A DNA stretch of 63,177 bases, filler included, from Reticulomyxa filosa (GCA_000512085.1; 20 parts of 20 records of this genome joined end to end with filler, not necessarily neighbours in it), one strand, 5' to 3'; positions 13,863 through 26,186 are shown, counted from the whole stretch's first letter. Notes: generated from the sequence alone by a model not told the origin. Numbers and translations are program-made.

Positions 13863-13912
<50 letters not shown>

Positions 13913-14298
13913 GTGTATTGCACATATTGCACATATTGCACATGTCAAATCTGCAGATATTTTAAAACATTTGAGAGAGAGAGAACCAACTTGTCTGAAA
14001 AATGATCCAAATTGCTGGCGTGTAATACTTTTTCGGAGACATTGGGATCATTTGAATTCAAATTTAAATTTGAGTTCGAATTTTCGGTCATTTCAAAATG
14101 TGCACTGTTTTCTGTTTGAGCTGGGTGTGGTGATGGAGAGGATGACACGATTGATATGACCTCATCTGTTGTGAATGACTCTCAATGTTCCGTTTGGAGA
14201 GATAGATACACATACACATATACACTGGATGTACCTGTTGTTGTTGTTGCATGTTCGCTATCGAGCTTCGCGACTACCTTTTGATTTAAAGACAGCCT
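13121..14298 (-). CDS. Low-complexity protein with C-terminal WW-like domains, 5'-truncated
   Basis: Poly-Asn exon (AAT repeat); WWRRKYSVRNKRFYW...SWNP and DNGQYYWFNFKTGQYLREKP match the WW pattern. Confidence 0.6.
13848..13912 (-). repeat. (AAT/AAC)n coding microsatellite (poly-Asn)
   Basis: ttattg/ttatta trinucleotide run on the + strand. Confidence 0.9.
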
Positions 14299-14302
14299 CT
14301 GT

Positions 14303-14341
<39 letters not shown>

Positions 14342-14468
14342 NNNNNNNNNNNNNNNNNNNNNNNNNNNNNNNNNNNNNNNNNNNNTTAATTAATTAANNN
14401 NNNNNNNNNNNNNNNNNNNNNNNNNNNNNNNNNNNNNNNNNAAACTAATTTCTTAATTGCACAGAAGA

Positions 14469-15619
14469 TTATCCAATGGAAACCATTGGAAATAGAGTCA
14501 GTCGAAGCAAAAGTGTTTTGGGAAGTCGTCATATGCACTTGCAACGAAGTGGTCACTCAATTGATAAACTCCATTCGATTGGTAGCAGAATTTCAACAGA
14601 CATTGTCTGGAGTGCGATTCGGCATAGCTGACTTTGTGGAACGCTGTTTGTATGGTGAAAATGTTCCATTTGCAATTCAAGGATTAAATATCCAACTTGA
14701 CAAATTTAAAGAATATGTAAATAAGGTTTATCTGTTCATTGAAAAGACGGAAAAAGAAGTTGATAATTCAGTAAGACAAACTTTTGACAATGAAGGGTCA
14801 AAAGAAGCGGAAGAGATCTCCAAACAATTGCTCGACATATTAGAAAAACTGAAAAAAGCGGAAGAAAAGAAACAAGAGTTTCGAAAAAAAGAAGAAGAAA
14901 CATCCAAAAAAATCGAGGAAATAATGAAAACGATTGCCAAAAAACAAGCTGACAAACATTCATGTGATCAAGAAGCCTTAAATAACGAGATCGACATTTT
15001 GAAAAAACAAAAATACGATCTTATCAAAAGAACCAATGAAGAAATGAAAGAGATCGAAAAAAAAATTGATAACATTATCAAAGAGAAAGAGAAACTTCAA
15101 GATAATTTGTCTGACATTCTAAAAAAAACAGGTCTGCGAAGTGCTGATGCTGTCAAAGAGTTCTTCCAAGCTTACGATAAATTCCAACATGTTAATTATG
15201 CTGGTCTCGTCAATATTGCAAGAGATACCAATATTTTAGGACAATGGTTTTCTCTTAAATTCAATACTGAAATTAAATTGGAAACTCTTTTGCTCTCTTC
15301 CTATTTGGGAGTATTCACCCAACCTTTGCAAACTATTGGAATTAACAAAGCTATTCATTTATGCAGAAAAGGTGGCAATTTTAATAAAGATATTCGTAGT
15401 CGTTTGGAAGCCATTGATGGTATTAACCCATTTGATATTGACGCATTGGAAGATTTTTGTGAAGATCTTACTATCGACCACATTAAAAAACAACAAAAAA
15501 TAAAAGGACAATCTACAAAAATGATTGTTGATGTAATGATCCGTCCGTTGTATGTGTTTTTATATCACTTGAATGATGGTATGCAAAAAGCTCAAGAGCT
15601 AATCACAATTGAAAAATAA
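14469..15619 (+). CDS. Hypothetical coiled-coil protein, long terminal exon
   Basis: 377-aa open frame with a K/E-rich heptad centre; upstream acceptor near 14465; TAA stop. Confidence 0.7.
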
Positions 15620-15749
15620 GAGAGGTTGCTTTTTTTTTCAAAAAAAAAANNNNNNNNNNNNNNNNNNNNNNNNNNNNNNNNNNNNNNNNNNNNTTAATTA
15701 ATTAANNNNNNNNNNNNNNNNNNNNNNNNNNNNNNNNNNNNNNNNNNNN

Positions 15750-16216
15750 GCAAACGATCGTAATCTTTTTTATTCAATTCAATTCAATTTATATTAAAAC
15801 ACATTTTGTTTTCGATACTTAAATAACAATAACAACAACAACAACAACAAGTGTGAGGAATGAACTTTTTTACGTTTTAGCAACCTTCTTTTCCCTGTTG
15901 TGTTCATACATTGCATAGCACATCATTTCACTTTTTTTCCATCTCTGATTCACCATCCCTTCTGGTGTTTATTTGCATTCCTTAGTTGCCCAAAAAGCAT
16001 GATCTTAGTTATAATAATAAAAACGTACAGTGCTCTTACCACACAGTCCCACAATCCAAGTTGAATTGATCTTCCTTCCCACGACACAGTTATGGAATAA
16101 TTGTCAAACACTGTAGGCATATACTCTTTTGGAAAACATTTTTGCATGTAGGTCACCATTAAACTAGTTTTTCCAACAGATCCATCTCCAATAGTTACCA
16201 CTTTGATATTTTGCAT
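15750..16216 (-). CDS. Rho/Rac-family small GTPase, 3'-truncated, with 10-nt microexon
   Basis: Exon 16216-16040 MQNIKVVTIGDGSVGKT...YMPTVFDNY...LWDCV; microexon 15894-15885 GGAAAAGAAG; exon 15764-15750 completes DYDRL(R). Confidence 0.9.
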
Positions 16217-16464
16217 GAGTGAATATGATTTTTTTTTTCAAAAAGCAGTTTGCCCCCAAACCAGTCTTGTTTTTAACAGTTTTGAAAGTAGTAGTGCCAC
16301 CGAATCATTGTCATAACTAATTGAATTACAAACCTTTTGGTACTTCTTGATTCATCATTGTGTTAAACAATAAACAATTTTGTCTCAAAAAAGGACTAAC
16401 AAAAAGGGAATACCAGAACAAAAAATTCGAAGTTTTTTTGTAATAGTACTTCAAGTTTGAACAA

Positions 16465-17430
16465 ATGCCATTTCAGGCGTCAGTTTGTATTGAAAACAAC
16501 ATGTACAAAGTGACACTTACGTGGTTGTCATTAAAACTTTTAAAAGATAAAGTGAAAGACAATGAGTTTGACTTTACAATGAGGATGCAAATAGTCAACC
16601 CATTGACAATTTTCCAAAACTTCGAGTTTTTGCAACTAATTCTGTTAATCTTTTCATTGATTTTAGTGACAGTTTTGTGTTAATTTTTATTTTATTTTTG
16701 AAAAAATAATAAATTGAGACACAAATAAGCAGATAACAATGACGAAGAAAAAATAATTCAGACAAGAAGATGAAAAAGAAGAAAACATTGAATTGACCTG
16801 CGACTATCCACAAGGAAAAGAATTTGGAAAATGAAAGTAACGTGAAGGATGAAAATAAAAAATGGAACATACTCAAATCAAGGAATATAATGAAGCAAAT
16901 AGAAAATCTCATGGAATGGTGAATGAAAATGATTGACAAGAAACAAAAAGGAATTATCGTTGTCGCAACGAATATTGATCAATTGGCAAAAGCAAATAAT
17001 CGATAATCTCGGAAGGATATTTTTTTGCGATGACGATTAATTCAGCTCATATATGTAAAAAAATTGATGATTTCGCTATATCTTTATTTATTTCATTCCA
17101 ATATTATCACATTTAATAATATTACGATTGATGGATGCGTTTATGTCATCGATTGCATAATCAATAGAATTAAGATTGTCATATTACTCAACAATTAATA
17201 TATACTGAGAGGCTTGCTTTCGATTAGGTACATTTATGAAAAATGAAGATATGATAAAGCAATTGAATGATATGAAAAGTCAATAATAATCAAAATAAAT
17301 AAATTACGACCAGATCACACCGAAATTGAGATTTTCTACATAAATGTGGGACTTGCCTATGAACGAAAAGGAAAAGGTAATAAAGTAATTTCATATTTTG
17401 AAAAATCTATGAAAATTTGACCAGAAAAAC
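16465..17430 (+). pseudogene. Decayed TPR-repeat family gene
   Basis: TPR remnants YDKAIE*YEKSIIIKINKLRPDH...YINVGLAYERKG...YFEKSMKI* with in-frame stops. Confidence 0.7.
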
Positions 17431-18007
17431 AAGGTGAAGATAAGTTGAGATTTCATCAACGCTTCATTCATTTGGGCTATAAAAGCGAGGAACATAGATG
17501 TCATATTCAAATTTTGACAACAAAAAATTGGCTTGAAAAAAACGTAAATGCAAAGAAGGAACACAAAATTCTTCCTTATATTTTGATTACCGAAATTTTA
17601 AAATTTTCAGCGATCCATCAGTTCAACAAGTGCATAAATACTACTGATGCAGAGCAATCCTCAAAACTTGTCGCATTTCAACATATTGAACTCACGCAAA
17701 TATCAAAATGTTAACAAAGTTATAGATACTATTCACTTGCTAAATTTAGATCTGAACAGTTTCAAAATGTAATATATTAATTAATTAACATATTAAAAGT
17801 CATTAAATTCTAAAATGCCCTTAAAAAAAAAATACTTTTTTAAATAGTTAAACAGGTATTACATAAAATCTTNNNNNNNNNNNNNNNNNNNNNNNNNNNN
17901 NNNNNNNNNNNNNNNNTTAATTAATTAANNNNNNNNNNNNNNNNNNNNNNNNNNNNNNNNNNNNNNNNNNNNATATGTATATATGTATATATGTGTATAT
18001 GTATACG

Positions 18008-18042
<35 letters not shown>

Positions 18043-18068
18043 TTATGTTTATGTAATGTGTTTGTCAG

Positions 18069-18456
18069 CAATGCCACCAAAAGATCATTGGTGTTAATGG
18101 ATGAACTTGGACGTGGCACATCTCCTCAAGAAGGACTGGCGATTGCTTTGGCGGTGGTGAAATATCTACACGATGACCTTCAATGCCGTTGCTTGTTTGC
18201 AACCCATTTCTTTGAATGTGCGGAATTGGCAGAGAAATTGAGCGGTGCTGTCAACTATTACGTGGACACTGTTGTCAGCACACAGGACAATACCCAAAGT
18301 CTTACCTTCAAACACAAGATTAAACCTGGCTATGTCACTCAATCTCATGGCATTTTCATTGCCAAAATTTCCAATTTTCCAACCAAAGTTATCGACACTG
18401 CTTCCAATCATTTCCTTCAATACTTAAAGTCAAAACAAAATGTAGTTTCCTCATAA
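18069..18456 (+). CDS. MutS-family mismatch-repair ATPase, last exon
   Basis: SLVLMDELGRGTS...G.AIA...LFATHF (Walker B and signature motifs) and SHGIFIAK (HTH region); acceptor tcag at 18068. Confidence 0.92.
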
Positions 18457-18991
18457 CTTAATCAGTTGCATTTGTACTTGTTTTTTTTTTTTTTATTGTC
18501 CTTATGAGGTGGAATGTCTTAATATTAAACTAAACATTTCAGTATTAATTTGGGAAATATCTCCTTTTCAATACTTTTCATTGAACTTATTACACTACTC
18601 GAAACATTAATTGCTTTCTGAGTTTTTTTTACTGTCTATGCAGCGAAATTGATATTGTGAATTCGTTGCTGTAGCACAATTGCTTACGTGGGTTAAGAAT
18701 AAAGAGATACAAAAGTTAGTCGATTGTGTAAAGAAGAGATAATAAAAAAAGTGAACGGTGCCTCAGCAACTTCGGCACTGATTCTATGAAAGATGGTGCA
18801 ACAGTTCAAAGATTATGGTAAAATAATAAAGTAAAACATTAGCAACAAAAGCAATAAATACAAGAAAAAACGAAAAGAATAAAAAGTAGCAATTATGAGT
18901 GTAAGAACGTAGTTTGATTTTGGTGGCATCACGTTCATACCGATACAAATGACACTAAAAAAAAATATATAAGTAGAAATATTTGGTTTGT

Positions 18992-19288
18992 TTAATCTCT
19001 ATAATTAATAAAAGGTAGATTCTTGTTATCATCTATTCTATCTAGTTGTGCTTTTTCCTTCTCATCCTTTTCGCTTGGATTATTCTTACAAGTAAGATTC
19101 ACGTGGGCTGTCAGTGGGCTTGAATCAGTATAAGTAGGAAATAATAGTCCATCCTGTGATGGTCCAGTCATCTTATTATTTGCAGTTGTAGTCTTCTGTT
19201 TACAATGATCTGCATTGACATTATCTGAGCGTCTGCTCGTTTTACTATATTCCTTTTCCGTTCTGTTCCCATGTCCGTCCGTCCCCCC
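18992..19288 (-). CDS. Hypothetical protein, C-terminal fragment
   Basis: Stop-free frame of about 98 codons from the contig edge (GGTDGHGNRTEKEYSK...NLPFINYRD*), convergent with the MutS gene. Confidence 0.4.
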   Translation of the reverse strand, partial: GGTDGHGNRTEKEYSKTSRRSDNVNADHCKQKTTTANNKMTGPSQDGLLFPTYTDSSPLTAHVNLTCKNNPSEKDEKEKAQLDRIDDNKNLPFINYRD

Positions 19289-19805
19289 NNNNNNNNNNNN
19301 NNNNNNNNNNNNNNNNNNNNNNNNNNNNNNNNTTAATTAATTAANNNNNNNNNNNNNNNNNNNNNNNNNNNNNNNNNNNNNNNNNNNNCAAAAAAAAAGT
19401 TACTAAAAAGCCAATTTCATATTTAAAAACTACAAAATTTGTAATATTTTAAAAAAAAATTAGATCTAATGTTGATTTTTCATTGAGAAAATCAATTATC
19501 ATCATAAGATATCGTTTTAGGCGTTCAGTTTTCTTTTGCAACCTAATGTAGCTAGCGCGTTTCGACGATAAGCTAAAGAACATAAAACATATCGATTAAA
19601 CACATTGCAAAAACTTTCATGCATTGACGACGCTTTACTATAGTGTTTTTTGCTGTGTTTTTTTACATAAAACATAACAAAAGGAAAAAGCACTTTAAAA
19701 GAGACGTTGTCAAAACACAAAACGTTCAGCAAGTTTTTTAATCTCTTTTTGTTTTTTGGTTGATATTGTTCAATTTCTTATTTTGATTGGTTGGATATCT
19801 TGCCG

Positions 19806-21280
19806 ATGTCTTCTAATACTACAGATGTGCACCCCCAAGCTGTGCCTGCTCTCTACAATTCATTAGTGAAGTTGGGATATGAAGCAACAGCAAAAACACT
19901 TTTGAAAGATGCGAAAAAAACAAAAGAAGAAGTTGTCAGCGAGTATGATACTTCGGCATCCTTTCTTGATTGGATAAAGACACTGAAGTTTAAAAGCGAA
20001 AACATATGATTTTTTTATTATTTGAACAAAACTTTTTCGCAACAAAAAGGGAAACGGATTTTCGCAGAGGAACTTTTTTTTCTCAACAATAATAAAATGA
20101 AAATAAAAAAAAAGAATCTCAGGAAACAAACGAAACTTACAACAAATGCAAGCAGAAGAGAAACCAAAACAGAAAAAGAAACAAGAATCTTCCGAGGAGG
20201 ATAGTTCAGATGATGAGGAAACAAAGGCAGCAGCAAAACCAACCCCTCAACAACCACCCAGTAAAAAAGCAAAAGTTGAAGAGCAACCAAAAGCCACGAA
20301 AAAGAAAGAAGAGGAAGAGTCGACTGATGAAGACGACGATGATGAAGAAGAAGAGACAAAACCAAAACAGCCTCAAGCTGCTAAACCAGCCCCAAAGCAG
20401 CCAGAACCAACACAAGCCAAACAACAACCAGCTGCAAAAGGCAAGGCCGATGAAGACAGTGATGATGAGGATAGCGATGAAGAAGACGAAACACCCGCAA
20501 ACAAACCTGCACCAAAAACTGATCAAAAAGATACAACTGCACAGACAAAAACAAATGCAAGCGAAAAAAACGCAGACAAGAACGAAAATAATAATGAAAA
20601 CGCAGAAACAAATGAGGACAACCAGTTTTGTGTTTGTTTTTTTTTAATTGCAAGAAATGGAATTGAGACGGAAAAACTTATAAATAAAAAGATTTGGCGG
20701 AGGTTACAATAATTATGGAGGAGATAGACGAGGAGGACGTGGCGGTCGCGGAGGTAGAGGAAGAGATGGCGGAAACTGGAACAACCGCGGAGATCGAAAT
20801 AATGGAGGTGATTGGGGCAATCGCGGTGAACGAGGCCGCGGAGGACGTGGAGGTGGAAATTGGAACAGAGAGGGAGGATTCCGAAATGACGATGGCCAAG
20901 GAGGATATGGAAATTTCGGAGGAGATCGCCGAGGCGGCGGAGGTGACCGTGGCTTTGATCGCCGAGGTGGCGGAGGTGACCGTGGCTTCGATCGCCGAGG
21001 TGGTGGAGGTGACCGCGGCTTTGATCGCCGAGGTGGTGGAGGTGACCGTGGCTTTGACCGCCGAGGTGGCGGGGGTGATCGTGGCTTTGACCGCCGAGGC
21101 GGTGGAGGTGGACGTGGCTTTGACCGCGGCTTTGACCGCCGAGGTGGAGGTGGTCGTGGCTTTGATCGCCGAGGAGGTGGTCGTGGCGGAGGCCGAAATT
21201 TTGGAGATAATAACGATCAGTTCAATAGAAACGATGAAGTACAAGGACAAGCAAGCAGTTCCATCAAATTTGATGATTAA
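19806..21280 (+). CDS. Nopp140/SRP40-like nucleolar protein: LisH + acidic/basic repeats + RGG tail
   Basis: In-frame exons 19806-19987, 20115-20624 and 20692-21280; LisH-like LYNSLVKLGYEATAKTL; ESSEEDSSDDEE blocks alternating with K/P/Q blocks; RGG repeats; ends SIKFDD*. Confidence 0.75.
20925..21190 (+). repeat. ~33-bp coding tandem repeat (GGGGDRGFDRR)
   Basis: gatcgccgaggtggcggaggtgaccgtggcttt repeated about 7 times with variants. Confidence 0.85.
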
Positions 21281-21891
21281 ACACAAACACGAGAATCTTA
21301 TGTTAAAAAAATTAAGACATGTCCATTGAACAATAATCAAAAGTAGTGATTGACAGGAAAAGAAAAAGGAAAAGTCACTTTTTGCTTAATGTAATGGAGT
21401 TATGTGTTAGTGTGATTTATTGTGTTAATCTTTGTGATTTTACAATATGTTTTAAAGTAATGACACTATCCAAATAAATTACAAAAATGTAAACCTGTTT
21501 TTTTTTTTTTTNNNNNNNNNNNNNNNNNNNNNNNNNNNNNNNNNNNNNNNNNNNNTTAATTAATTAANNNNNNNNNNNNNNNNNNNNNNNNNNNNNNNNN
21601 NNNNNNNNNNNTATTCCATCTTCTTTTTTTTCCCTTATTTTTTCTTTCTCCCTTTCTTCCAACCCATTTTCAAGGTAGTACCTATACTGCCATGACCTAT
21701 ATGCACACAAACAAAGTTAAGTTTTATATCTTTTAAATAACAAAAAAAAAATATTCATAACTATTTGGAACCATCTGGATCTATTTCTTTTTTCCTATAA
21801 AGACACTAACAATCCTTTTTTTGTGGGAAGGGGGAAAATAAATAAATAAACAAATAAGTATACATATTTTTTTTTCTTTGAAGGGGAAATC

Positions 21892-22290
21892 CTATTAAAT
21901 CACACAAACACAAAAACATTACATAACAAAAGAATATATAAATATAAAATAATATAAATACACAAACCATTTTTCCTCATTGAGGATACGGGGGTAGATT
22001 TCAACCCCTATTTTTCTTTTTTTTTCTTTTTGTGTGAAGGGGATGGGTCACATATTTTAACGGGCATTGCGGACGAGGGAACCTATTTTACACAACACAC
22101 AACAATTAAATATATTTAAAAAAAAAAATAGATAGAACAAGCCTTTGTTTCTCCTTTCGGAGACGGGGTGGTTTCTACCCCGTATTCTTTTTTCATTCAT
22201 CACAGTCGCTAGTGGTCCTATTTGAATAACAAAAACTACATATTTACAAGATGAACATAAATAGCAAACACATGATATTACCTTCTATTG
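21892..22290 (-). repeat. Copy B of dispersed spliced hairpin element
   Basis: Intron 22281-22218, exon 22217-22143 (GGGGTAGAAACCACCCCGTCTCCGAAAGG), GC-AG intron 22142-22083, exon 22082-21968 (GGGGTTGAAATCTACCCCCGTATCCTCAA), intron 21967-21892. Confidence 0.7.
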
Positions 22291-22765
22291 ATTCTCGCAA
22301 GTGCGGTTTTCCATCTATCACTTCATCACACATCCACAAGTGTTAATATCCTTCATCGTGTGCAGTCCATCCAGTTCCTCCAACCATTTGCGCCATTCAT
22401 TCAATCTATACAACAACAAAAATATATCTTATTATTATTACAACGACAAAAAAAAAAAAATAAAAAATAACTTTCCAAGACCACATGGGTCACGTTTTGG
22501 TGTGGATGAGTATGTTCGGAGCAATCAATAAATTTTCCCACAAATAGCTTGCGCTGCTGCAAGAGAATGATCAGTGTGGAGAAGGCGAGTGTGCAATGGA
22601 TCTACTTGTTGTAATGAATGTGGCGTGTGTTGTGATAGCATAAAGGCTGTCGGATAGACCATGCCNNNNNNNNNNNNNNNNNNNNNNNNNNNNNNNNNNN
22701 NNNNNNNNNTTAATTAATTAANNNNNNNNNNNNNNNNNNNNNNNNNNNNNNNNNNNNNNNNNNNN

Positions 22766-22804
<39 letters not shown>

Positions 22805-22830
22805 ATGCTATATTCTTCCCAATAAAAAAG

Positions 22831-24620
22831 AAGATATATTGCCGAACAAATACAGTACAAAGAAATGCAAGCCAGTCGAGACAACGACCGCGTTTGTATA
22901 ATGCATTACGAAGATAAATTGCATCAATTCGAAATTGAAATACACACCTTGGCGAATGAGAAAGAGCAACTGCAAAGTTGGGTGTTACTTTGTTGAGTTT
23001 TTTTTTTTTTTTTTTTTTTTTAAGGCCATACCTACAAAAGATATTTCAATGCGCCGTGTCGACCCTCCCCCTTTTTTTTGTTGTGAAATAAAAAAAATAG
23101 AAAAAATCGAAGAAATAAGAAAAAATCCATTCCAATGGGAAGTACTGGTAGACAATACCGGTGACGAGAAAGTGGTAGAAAATGAAAGGACGGTAGCATT
23201 GAATAACGACGATCCTACCAAGCCATGGAAAAATAAATTCGTAAAAATGGTAGCGAAATATCAAGACTTGTACAGACGATTGGATGAACTTGAAAACGAA
23301 AAGAAATTACTGCAGAATCGTCTTGAGCAACAAGTAATTTGTAACAAAATATCTTTTTGAAATAAACAAACAAAAAAAGTGATACCCTCCAAAGTTTAAA
23401 ATCTGACAAAAAAAAAAAAAAAAAAAGGAAGCCATTAATCCAAAAAAGAAACAACGCAATCATGAGCGTCGACAATGAGAACAAAAAGCTAAAAGAGGAA
23501 TTGGAAGAAAAGACAAGACTTTGGGCGGAGAAGGAAGAAATGTTCGACAAGCACACGAAAGAGTGCAGCAACTTGCAGAAAAAATACGACAAAGCCATTT
23601 TGGAAAGAGATGACTTACGACGCACATTGGCAGAGAACTTGCGCGTAAAGATGGAGTTTGGCGTGTCGTCGTCTCCCAGTAGCGATGCGGACGATATCTA
23701 CAAAGAATACTGGAAGCTGTCTAACATCGAAAGCTTGATCCGAAAGCATCAGGAGTTGGCCGGTGCGTATCGGGACTTAGAACGGAACTTTGATAACTAC
23801 AGGCAAGACATGAAAGAGAAAATGAATGAGTTCAAAGAAAAGCAAGAAGCTGTTTCCACACAGTTTTGTTTGTTTCTTTCATTTAAGTCGAGAAAATGTT
23901 TTTATTTGTTTAATATAACATATACATATATTTAGTACATATATATATATATATATATATATATGTAGATACCAACAGCAAGAACTACAGGTTCAAGAAT
24001 TGGTTAGCCAATTGCAACAGATCCAAGCAATGGAACAAAGTGCCACAATAGCACAAGAACACACTGGCGCGGACGAAGAGACGAACGAACAAGACGGCAA
24101 TTGGGAGTCAACAGACGACGTCCGAAACAGAAGACAGCCAAGACAAAGGGCGCGCCAAGACACAGAAAATCAAGGCGAAATGGAAAGCACGGACGAACAC
24201 ATGCGCTATGTGGATAACAGCGAGGCTGCACAGCAGGAATCTGAACATGAACAAGGACATGAACGTGAATACGAAATTGGAACGGCGGCCAATGATCCTT
24301 TCGACACAGAGTACACGGACGACGGACTGGGCAAATGCCTTAAGGAATTACACCAGGAATATACCGAGTATCGAACCACGCACATGCAGCAAGTACAAGA
24401 TTTGGAAACGGAGAAGGTGCGGCTGCTGACAAAGCAGGAGCATTTGGAAGAGCAAGTTAATGAAGTAAGAGAACAGCTGCAAAAAATAACCTATGAAAAC
24501 AGTCATTTAAAAACGACCATTGAAGAGTTGAAGGAGCAAAACAGTTCGTTGATGGAAGTATTGAACAGGCAAAAGGATACATTATTAGAAAAAACCAAAA
24601 AAATCGATGACCTTGAAAAA
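22831..24620 (+). CDS. Nucleoprotein TPR/Mlp1-like coiled-coil protein, internal fragment
   Basis: Introns 22977-23100 and 23334-23431 give continuous coiled coil; LEQQ|PLIQKR and SNIESLIRKHQELAGAYRDLE resemble conserved TPR/Mlp1 segments. Confidence 0.55.
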
Positions 24621-24800
24621 GTTTGTAAAAAAAAAAAAAAAANNNNNNNNNNNNNNNNNNNNNNNNNNNNNNNNNNNNNNNNNNNNTTAATTAATTAANN
24701 NNNNNNNNNNNNNNNNNNNNNNNNNNNNNNNNNNNNNNNNNNTTTTTTTTTTTTTTTGAGTTTGCCCCTCCTCGTCCCCTCTTTTCCAAAAATCCCAAAC

Positions 24801-25182
24801 TTTTTTGGATTGAAATAACAAGTCCCAAGAAGCGTCTCGCTTTCGGTCAAACACAATGACTAGCCGGTTGTCATTTTTGGTCGAACAGAGTATCTTGCGC
24901 ATTGATAAACTCTTCATTATTGATACATTTGCTTGTGAGGGACTCATTTCCAACCGTGCCATTTTTAAGATATTACATTGCCCGTCTAACTCCAAATTGC
25001 ACTATTTCGTCAATTTTTCCTTTTTCCAATTAAATTGAGTACAAAAGTAATTTTTTTTTCCTCCTCTCGTATATATTGTTGAGTACTCGGCTTTAGCTTT
25101 GTTTTGTTGGTTGGAAAGGTAGTACCTCTTGTTTGTTTGACGAACGCAAATTTTTCACAACGAAATATTCTTTTGATGGCAT
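24801..25182 (-). CDS. Hypothetical protein, N-terminal exons (possible PH-like domain)
   Basis: Exon 25182-25126 MPSKEYFVVKNLRSSNKQE joins exon 25001-24801 CNLELDG...RLVIVF...WDLLFQSKK in phase 0. Confidence 0.45.
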
Positions 25183-26186
25183 TTTTGCCAGTGTGAGAAA
25201 TTGTTTTGGATGCATTTTAACAGAAGAAAGATGATTGGATCATGAAAATAAAAGAGCTTACAAGTGCCAAGTCGTTTGTTATGTACGACTTTTTTTGATT
25301 TTGAAATATCCCTTTTAAACGTGGTAACGTGCTAGCTAAGCAGACTTGTTTGCCTCCAACAAAAAATTTATCAAAGCACAGTTTTAATGGACAGTTAGTT
25401 TCTATTGACAAAAAAGGATATTCAAGACAAACGTGTTAGCCTCAATTACAATCTTTCAAAATTAATACTTGTGAAATGTAAACAAATAATTACTTGTTAA
25501 TAACCATTGTTTGCAATGTCTAAGGTTAAGAAAATGTTGTATTTCTTTTAGTAAAAACTCCTTCCAAATGCAGAAGAATAAAAGAAAGTGTACGCATAAA
25601 AAGGTGCTTTCTCGTGTTGATGGATTTGCTAAGAAATCTAAAACTATTTCAATGGAAATAGTACTTTTATGTGCACATAACAATGTGTTTATATTATCAT
25701 ATAAGTTAGTTTTTCACAATTAATTTGAATATATAAAAATATNNNNNNNNNNNNNNNNNNNNNNNNNNNNNNNNNNNNNNNNNNNNTTAATTAATTAANN
25801 NNNNNNNNNNNNNNNNNNNNNNNNNNNNNNNNNNNNNNNNNNAAAAAAGAGCAAATGTAAGCAACTTGATTTATGAGTGCTTTTTTTGAACCCAAATGGG
25901 TTTTCTCTTTAAAAATAATTAATATTTGTCTCTGTATAAAAGATAACATAATAATAAGTCAATCTTTTCTTTCAATTTTTTAAAAGGATATTGTATTTTT
26001 ATCAAAATGTAAACACTCTTTTTTAAAAGTATGACTCAAAACATTCTGATTAATAAAATTAAATAACTTTCTTGTTGATGATAGTAAAAGAAGCCAAATA
26101 TATATTAAATCCATTAATAGAGTGTTGAATTGACAACAGGAGAAGGATTATCACGTTACTATTTTGAAACAGTTCCCACGCATGTG

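Noticed and set aside
20678-21340. A/E/V-rich ORF 20694-21329 (+) and S/A/T-rich ORF 20678-21340 (-)
   Set aside because: Shadow frames of the 33-bp RGG repeat; splice phase selects the RGG frame
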